A stretch of 64,000 nucleotides of DNA from Eledone cirrhosa. Lineage: Eukaryota. The DNA lies in assembly GCA_964016885.1 (NCBI GenBank), contig OZ024752.1, forward strand, positions 25,606,001 through 25,670,000. The letters are read 5' to 3'. The notes beneath the pieces are model-generated. The model worked only from the letters and a program-made list of their open reading frames with translations. It made no database searches and was not told the DNA's origin. The first letter of the stretch is position 1; every line of letters begins with the position of its first letter. The position numbers and the translations under genes were made by a program. Positions 55,032 to 64,000 of this stretch are shown piece by piece.

Positions 55032-58010
55032 TAGTTTTGCGAGGTTTTTTATATGAAATCGTGTGTCGAAACAGATATTGTTATATTTGGGGAGGGTCAT
55101 ATTTGCGTAATATTGCCAGAATTAATAACAGAACACACTCACTGTTTGGTTGGTTTTCGCTTCTCGCTGTCTTTTATATATATATATCTGCGATCTAACT
55201 TACTCGGTCCTCAATGTTGCCATTGACTGACCGGCGGTCAAAAATAAAATAATACAGATACAATATAGACAAACACATATATATATAGTTTACATAAATC
55301 TTTCGTTGCACATCTGCAACATCGTCAGTGGTGTTATATTCATTGTTCCTCCTGTTGTGTTGTATGTCTACGCCATTTTTTTTGTTCAGTCCGTCTATAT
55401 ATTTATTTATTTGTTTGCTTGTTTGTTTATCTTATTTTATTTTGTCTTCTTTGCGCATGCGTTTGCGTGTGTGATGTGTGACTAGTGTGTATAGTGTTGT
55501 GTCTGCTGGGTGACTAGTGTGTGTTTATGTGCTTGTGTATGTATTTATTTATCTTATTTTATTTAATTTAATTTACTTATTTATTTATACTTCTCTTAGG
55601 TCAGTGTTGTTTGTTTGGGTGTTGTTGTTGTTCCACTCATTCTTTCTGTTTAGCTTTGGTCTTCTAATTTCTATTTCACTGGCCTCTCTGATTTGCCTAT
55701 CTGCTGGGTCATTCCTATGTTTAGATATTATTCTAATTTCTATGTTGTCTATGTTACCGTCATGATGTTGTCTAGCATGTTCGTATAGTACTGACCCGTT
55801 TTTTCGTCCTTTTAGTTCCCCCCAGTGTTGGTCTATCCTTTCACCTATGCTACGAGCTGTCTCACCTATGTATGTTGTTGTCGTGTTTCTACAAGTACCC
55901 TCTGTACATCTTATGCTATAGACTACGTTTCTAGTTTTACAGTTTATCCGGGGGTTCACCTTACATATGATACATTTCCTATTGGTACAGTGGGTTTTCT
56001 TAAAAGGGTAGGTTTTGCTGATCAGGGATTTTATGGTGGTTCCTGGCTTTTCTACCACCTTTATTTTTAAGTGGGTCTTTCTCAGGGCCTTTCTACACTG
56101 GTTAGCTAATTTCCCTCCAGGGGTGGCGTCCACAAACATGACACTCTGATATCTCTGGTTGTCGTACCATGATGTGGCCTTCCCTATCTTATGTCTAGCC
56201 CTATCTAAGCTATTCCATGATTTGCTCCTGTATAGTGGGCAAATTCCTTTCATGTCCAGTTCTATGAGGGTCTTATACTTTTCCATGGCTCCTTCGTATA
56301 CTCTGACTCTGTCTCTTTGGTTGTAGCCAGAGAACTGCATGCGGTTGATGAAGTGTTGGATGTGTCCTTCCATTTCTGTTGGGTCGCACATGCTGGACAC
56401 ATTCTTCATCACTCGTACCAAATCTGCGATCAGAATATTAAACTTAGCACTACTGGACATTGCTGAGTTTTTGAGTATCAGGTATTTGGAGGCCATGGGT
56501 TTAGCATAGTGTGAGTGGAGAATTTGGGCTCTCTCGTCTATAGTGTTAATCCAGAGTTCTGTGTCTAATACAGGTAGTCTATTGTTAGGGTGTTTAGAAG
56601 GGAAGTCTATAGTTACAGTTATACTCTGGTGTATGGAATTAGCTATCTGCTGGATGCTTTCCATCGTGCTACGTTCTAAATCAAACTTGTTAGTGCTCTC
56701 TAGTGGGGGTGTTCTTATAACTATATTGATATCGTCTACATAACGAGAGTACATGATGAGGTCTATGGAGCTTTCATTAAGAAGATCTTTAAGTCTCCTT
56801 TCCCACCATACCATGAAAAGGTTGGCAACATCGCCAGCTATGCTGACGCCGATGGCTGCTCCCTCATTTTGGGTGTAGATTTTCTCATTGAACTTAAATA
56901 TGTGGCCCTTTAGGGTAGTTTTGATACTAGCCCCTATTGCATGTGCGACCATTTTTCTTACCTGATCAGTGTTTTGGGGGGTCCGTATAGCTTTGGTCCA
57001 CCCAATCCACCTTCCTATGGGAGTCTTTTTAGCCATTGAGGTTATGGTGGGGGGTCTACCTCTTATAGGTCTACTAGGGCAGAAACATCTAAGGTCATGG
57101 CTGTCTAGGTAGTCAGTGTCGTAGGTAAGTCTAAGTAGGAGGCCCAGTTCGTCTGTGTCGACGTCGCAGAACTCCACCTCACTCTCAATGATCATCTCCA
57201 CACATCTTTTCACAGCAAAATCAATGTTAATGGATGGGTACAGTGACACCACATCCATGCTGCCTATTATGCAGTTGGATAGGCTCCTGTTTTTGTTGCA
57301 CTCACTGATTCTGCTGAGGAGGTCCTCTGTACTTTCACATACATCTGGGGACATCTTGATTATGGGGCGTATAACCATTGAGAGGAAGTAGGAGATCCTG
57401 TAGTTGCTAGCTATATTAGCTCCGCATACAGGTCTTGTTGGTGGTCCTGTTGTCGGGTCGTCGACTGTCTTGTGGTCTTTGCGGAGCCCATACAAGGGTG
57501 GTATGCCATTGTTAGACGCCTGGAAGTTGTTGGCAGTGCGTCTGCTTGGCTTTAGGATGTCAGTCCACATCATCATGTGAGCGTTGAGGATTTTTTCTCT
57601 CCCATCGTGTGTTAGTTGTGCAACTTCGCTCGTGTTGGTGATGTGGGGTTGCATTGCCTCGATGTAGTTCGGCATGCTATCTATTGACATCCTACCAGAC
57701 TTATCTGTGGGTAGACACACTACCTCACCATCCCTTGTGCGCTGCTTGAGGCTAACCAAGCCTTCTACAGGTTTTATCCCAAGTTGTTGGGCCTCTGGTC
57801 TGCTCTGTCTCATAGTGTACCTGTCTACTACTTGTCTAATCTTATTTCTAGCTATGGTGAACTGTGCCTCCGTCTCGTCATCTATTTGTTGTGGTATGCA
57901 AACTCTTTTATTAAAGGGTAACCTCGTAGGATAGATATTACCCATCTTATATGTTTTGTCAGCTGGGTTGAAAAATAGTTTCTCTAAGGGGTTGTCGTTA
58001 TTTCTATCGT
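55032..58010 (-). mobile_element. Penelope-like element (RT + Cys-rich linker + C-terminal GIY-YIG; Neptune/Nematis-like), 5'-truncated, left arm of palindrome
   Basis: TDKSG, YGLRKDHK, TRPV, SMDVVSLYPSI, QNEGAAIG, RYVDD, LPVLD; CxxxxCxxC linker; VVY...YIGETAR..R..QH..H...H..R...EA...LN; ~550-bp 3' noncoding region. Confidence 0.93.
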
Positions 58011-60833
58011 CATACCACAACAAATAGATGACGAGACGGAGGCACAGTTCACCATAGCTAGAAATAAGATTAGACAAGTAGTAGACAGGTACACTATGAG
58101 ACAGAGCAGACCAGAGGCCCAACAACTTGGGATAAAACCTGTAGAAGGCTTGGTTAGCCTCAAGCAGCGCACAAGGGATGGTGAGGTAGTGTGTCTACCC
58201 ACAGATAAGTCTGGTAGGATGTCAATAGATAGCATGCCGAACTACATCGAGGCAATGCAACCCCACATCACCAACACGAGCGAAGTTGCACAACTAACAC
58301 ACGATGGGAGAGAAAAAATCCTCAACGCTCACATGATGATGTGGACTGACATCCTAAAGCCAAGCAGACGCACTGCCAACAACTTCCAGGCGTCTAACAA
58401 TGGCATACCACCCTTGTATGGGCTCCGCAAAGACCACAAGACAGTCGACGACCCGACAACAGGACCACCAACAAGACCTGTATGCGGAGCTAATATAGCT
58501 AGCAACTACAGGATCTCCTACTTCCTCTCAATGGTTATACGCCCCATAATCAAGATGTCCCCAGATGTATGTGAAAGTACAGAGGACCTCCTCAGCAGAA
58601 TCAGTGAGTGCAACAAAAACAGGAGCCTATCCAACTGCATAATAGGCAGCATGGATGTGGTGTCACTGTACCCATCCATTAACATTGATTTTGCTGTGAA
58701 AAGATGTGTGGAGATGATCATTGAGAGTGAGGTGGAGTTCTGCGACGTCGACACAGACGAACTGGGCCTCCTACTTAGACTTACCTACGACACTGACTAC
58801 CTAGACAGCCATGACCTTAGATGTTTCTGCCCTAGTAGACCTATAAGAGGTAGACCCCCCACCATAACCTCAATGGCTAAAAAGACTCCCATAGGAAGGT
58901 GGATTGGGTGGACCAAAGCTATACGGACCCCCCAAAACACTGATCAGGTAAGAAAAATGGTCGCACATGCAATAGGGGCTAGTATCAAAACTACCCTAAA
59001 GGGCCACATATTTAAGTTCAATGAGAAAATCTACACCCAAAATGAGGGAGCAGCCATCGGCGTCAGCATAGCTGGCGATGTTGCCAACCTTTTCATGGTA
59101 TGGTGGGAAAGGAGACTTAAAGATCTTCTTAATGAAAGCTCCATAGACCTCATCATGTACTCTCGTTATGTAGACGATATCAATATAGTTATAAGAACAC
59201 CCCCACTAGAGAGCACTAACAAGTTTGATTTAGAACGTAGCACGATGGAAAGCATCCAGCAGATAGCTAATTCCATACACCAGAGTATAACTGTAACTAT
59301 AGACTTCCCTTCCAAACACCCTAACAATAGACTACCTGTATTAGACACAGAACTCTGGATTAACACTATAGACGAGAGAGCCCAAATTCTCCACTCACAC
59401 TATGCTAAACCCATGGCCTCCAAATACCTGATACTCAAAAACTCAGCAATGTCCAGTAGTGCTAAGTTTAATATTCTGATCGCAGATTTGGTACGAGTGA
59501 TGAAGAATGTGTCCAGCATGTGCGACCCAACAGAAATGGAAGGACACATCCAACACTTCATCAACCGCATGCAGTTCTCTGGCTACAACCAAAGAGACAG
59601 AGTCAGAGTATACGAAGGAGCCATGGAAAAGTATAAGACCCTCATAGAACTGGACATGAAAGGAATTTGCCCACTATACAGGAGCAAATCATGGAATAGC
59701 TTAGATAGGGCTAGACATAAGATAGGGAAGGCCACATCATGGTACGACAACCAGAGATATCAGAGTGTCATGTTTGTGGACGCCACCCCTGGAGGGAAAT
59801 TAGCTAACCAGTGTAGAAAGGCCCTGAGAAAGACCCACTTAAAAATAAAGGTGGTAGAAAAGCCAGGAACCACCATAAAATCCCTGATCAGCAAAACCTA
59901 CCCTTTTAAGAAAACCCACTGTACCAATAGGAAATGTATCATATGTAAGGTGAACCCCCGGATAAACTGTAAAACTAGAAACGTAGTCTATAGCATAAGA
60001 TGTACAGAGGGTACTTGTAGAAACACGACAACAACATACATAGGTGAGACAGCTCGTAGCATAGGTGAAAGGATAGACCAACACTGGGGGGAACTAAAAG
60101 GACGAAAAAACGGGTCAGTACTATACGAACATGCTAGACAACATCATGACGGTAACATAGACAACATAGAAATTAGAATAATATCTAAACATAGGAATGA
60201 CCCAGCAGATAGGCAAATCAGAGAGGCCAGTGAAATAGAAATTAGAAGACCAAAGCTAAACAGAAAGAATGAGTGGAACAACAACAACACCCAAACAAAC
60301 AACACTGACCTAAGAGAAGTATAAATAAATAAGTAAATTAAATTAAATAAAATAAGATAAATAAATACATACACAAGCACATAAACACACACTAGTCACC
60401 CAGCAGACACAACACTATACACACTAGTCACACATCACACACGCAAACGCATGCGCAAAGAAGACAAAATAAAATAAGATAAACAAACAAGCAAACAAAT
60501 AAATAAATATATAGACGGACTGAACAAAAAAATGGCGTAGACATACAACACAACAGGAGGAACAATGAATATAACACCACTGACGATGTTGCAGATGTGC
60601 AACGAAAGATTTATGTAAACTATATATATATGTGTTTGTCTATATTGTATCTGTATTATTTTATTTTTGACCGCCGGTCAGTCAATGGCAACATTGAGGA
60701 CCGAGTAAGTTAGATCGCAGATATATATATATAAAAGACAGCGAGAAGCGAAAACCAACCAAACAGTGAGTGTGTTCTGTTATTAATTCTGGCAATATTA
60801 CGCAAATATGACCCTCCCCAAATATAACAATAT
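58011..60833 (+). mobile_element. Penelope-like element, 5'-truncated, right arm of palindrome (ORF 58096-60324)
   Basis: Protein identical to the left arm over the shared 742 aa; reverse complement of 55075-57898. Confidence 0.93.
60580..60610 (+). ncRNA. Hammerhead core in the Penelope 3' noncoding region (mirror copy 55298-55328, -)
   Basis: CTGACGA-t-gttgca gatg tgcaac-GAAA with a perfect 6-bp stem II; stems I and III not obviously formed. Confidence 0.5.
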
Positions 60834-60958
60834 ATGTATATATATATATGTATATATATATATGTATATATATATATGTATATCTATATATATGTATATC
60901 TATATATATGTATATCTATATATATCTATATATATGTATATCTATATATATGTATATC

Positions 60959-60993
<35 letters not shown>

Positions 60994-61140
60994 CTATATG
61001 TATATATATATATGTATATATATCTATATATATATATGTATATATATCTATATGTATATATATATATGTATATATATCTATATGTATATATATATATATC
61101 TATATATATGTATATATATCTATATGTATATATATATATC

Positions 61141-61174
<34 letters not shown>

Positions 61175-61177
<3 letters not shown>

Positions 61178-63797
61178 TCATCATCATCATCATCATCATC
61201 AACGTTTAACGTCCGTGTTCCACGCTTGCATGGGTTTGGACGGGGGTTTTCCCACTTGAGGCAAGAGTTGTCTTGCTCGCATAGGACTGTCTGGCAGGTT
61301 TTCTACAGTTGGATGCCCTTCCTAACACCAACCACATTTACAGTGTGGGTCTGGGAGGTTTTTACCGTGTTGCCTACACGGCCACATTACAGCGTGGACT
61401 GTGTGTTTTTTTGTCGTGACACCTACACGATCTCATTTGTTTCGGCCTGGATGGTGTGGCACCAACATAACTTTACATAGAAGGGGGCGGTGTGGATGGG
61501 GTGGGGGTGGGGGTGGTGGGACGGGGGTGTATTTTGTTAGAGATGCCTACTGACTGTAGTAGGTTTTACTTTGTATTTAGGTAAGGCGGGTCTTCTCTAT
61601 TACTGAGTACCGCCAAAGGTCTCGGTCCAGTGACATTGTCTTGGTGAGGTGTAAGTGTGTGAGGTCGGAGTTTATCAGCTCGTCCCAGGTTTTTCTGAGT
61701 CTGCCTATTCCGTGGCTACCGTCTATCTTTATTGCCCTGCACTTTGTTATACAGCTATCGTCCTTCATGCGCATCACGTGACCATACCAACGTAGCCTTC
61801 TCTCTAGTAAACAACATCTAATCCCTCTTATTTCTAATTTTTTCCTTAGTTCGTTTATGCTTTGTCGTTCACGTATATTACTATTACACATCCAGCGGAG
61901 CATGCAAGCTTCGTTGCTCTCTAGTCTGCGTATATCCTCTGCACACAATGCCCAGGTCTCACCGCCATGCAACATTGCTGTTCGTATGCAGGCATCGTAC
62001 AGCCTGCCTTTCATTTTTAGGGAGAACCCTTTAGCGGCTAATAGTGGTATAAGCTCTCTGAACTTTTTCCACCCAGTACTGACTCTAGCTACTGTACTTT
62101 CAGAGCACCCTCCCCCACTGCTGATTTTGTCACCCAGGTAACGGAAGCTGTCCACTATTTCTATAGAACCCTCTGCGCAGTTGAAAGAGCTAGTATTCTG
62201 TGGGCACTTGCTGCTACTTATTGCCCCAGAACACCGGCCACATGTAAAATCTATGTTCTTAGTTAGCTTACTTGTGATCCCACTACATCTTTTATGCACC
62301 CAAACTTTGCATTTGGGACACAAAATGGAATTTCTACCTACGCCTTTCCTACACTCTGCGCATGACCACTTCCCGGAGGGGACCGCCGCCTTATTTTCTT
62401 TCTTACAAACTAGAACTTTAGTCTTAGCCAGGTTAATTTTAAGGCCTTTTGATTCTAGGCTGTGCTTCCATGTTTGGAATTTCTTCTCTAGCTCGGCCAT
62501 TCATTCAGCTATGAGCGTTAGATCATCTGCGTATAGGAGTTCCCATGGGCAGTCCGTCTTGAACTCCACTGTTATAGCCTGGAGGGCAATAATAAATAGT
62601 AGGGGGCTAAGAACAGAGCCCTGATGAACACCAACTTTTACACTAAACTCTTCACTATATTCGTTGTTAATTCTAACCTTGCTGACTGTTTCTTTATACA
62701 TGGCTTGTATAGCTCTCACAAGCCATTCATCAACACCTAGTTTTCTAAGAGCCCACCAGATAATGGAACGGGGGACTCTGTCGAAGGCCTTCTCCAAGTC
62801 GACGAAAGCTAAGTATAGGGGTTTACTTTTAGCTAGGTACTTCTCCTGTAGTTGTCGTACAATGAAAAGAGCGTCTGTGGTACTTTTTCCTGACACAAAC
62901 CCGAACTGCATTTCATCTAGATCAATTCGCTCTCTGATTAGTTGCGCTATTACTTTTTCCGTGACCTTCATGACCTGGTCGATTAATTTAATGCCTCTAT
63001 AGTTACTCCTATCTAGGGCATCTCCTTTACCCTTATAACAGTTAACGATAATGCTGCTACGCCAGTCCTCCGGAACAACCCCATTCTGTATGACTTGGTT
63101 GACTATCCGGGTGACCATGGTGTGTCCCACCGTACCAGATGCCTTCAGCATCTCGGCAACTATTTCCGAAGGCCCAGCCGCCTTGCCTGTCTTCATATCT
63201 TTGATTGCCTTACTTATTATACTACCCTCGACTAACACTGCTGGTCCCTCTATTGGGTCAATGTGGGGGAGACTGTCTTTCTCCCATTTATTCTCCTCAT
63301 TTAGTAGCCTTTCATAGTGACACTTCCAAGCTACCTTCTTATTGGCGTCGGTGATGGCAAGTATGCCGTCATCGTTAAGTACACACTTCTCCCCAACAAT
63401 ATCACTGTTTTCCTTGACACATTGCCTAGCAATCCTGAACACCTCACGTTTTTGGTCCTCACGTTGTAGAACATGCTTGAACTTTCTTTCCTCTGCTTCC
63501 CTTCTTGCGAAGTACACTTGTCTCCTAGCTTCCCTCCTGGCCACTTGATAGTCTTCTCTGCTTCCCCCATCCCGCCATACTTTCCAAGCCTGCTTTTTGG
63601 CCTTAATTGACCCCTCCACCTTACTGTTCCACCACCATGTTACTCTCCTCCTGCCTACAGACCTGCTCCAGCCACAGACTTCGTCTGCCGCCGTCAGCAG
63701 GTTTGCTTTCAGGAATTCCCACTGTTCCTCTACCTTGTACGTCTCTAATTGCTCTTCCTCACTGTCGAAAGCATCAAGTAATATGCTTTGGAATTTA
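61175..63797 (-). mobile_element. 5'-truncated RTE copy with an in-frame TGA at 62501-62503
   Basis: ORFs 62501-63619 and 61577-62500 are collinear with the 46310 ORF (AE-S-MAE becomes AE*MAE); same 3' UTR and (GAT)n tail; lacks APE. Confidence 0.93.
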
Positions 63798-63829
<32 letters not shown>

Positions 63830-63836
63830 CTATATG

Positions 63837-63869
<33 letters not shown>

Positions 63870-63870
63870 C

Positions 63871-63911
<41 letters not shown>

Positions 63912-63918
63912 CTATATG

Positions 63919-63975
<57 letters not shown>

Positions 63976-64000
63976 GTATATCTATATATAAGAACAAAAG

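Noticed and set aside
58011-58125. N-terminus of the 846-aa minus-strand PLE ORF
   Set aside because: It is the antisense of the right palindrome arm; genuine left-copy sequence starts at 58010, so the ORF has no native start.

Overview
AT-rich animal genomic DNA. The SINE, RTE and (TA)n content suggests a cephalopod such as an octopus, but that is an inference. Positions 702-42988 carry 34 consecutive GT-AG coding exons, in continuous reading frame (3338 nt, about 1112 codons), of tubulin-specific chaperone D (TBCD) on the + strand. The start codon lies upstream of the window and no convincing stop-codon exon was found. The introns hold tRNA-derived SINEs, RTE and CR1 fragments, piggyBac/Tc1/hAT-type MITEs, minisatellites and several small elements carrying minimal type-I hammerhead ribozyme motifs. 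Positions ~44490-64000 are a retroelement nest embedded in a (TA)n/TATG array. In order it contains an RTE 3' fragment (-), an intact RTE LINE whose ORF has a PHD finger inside the RT C-terminal region (+), a 5'-truncated CR1-like LINE (-), a near-perfect 5.76-kb palindrome of two Penelope-like RT/GIY-YIG elements, and a second RTE (-). Exon boundaries were read base by base; repeat boundaries are approximate.
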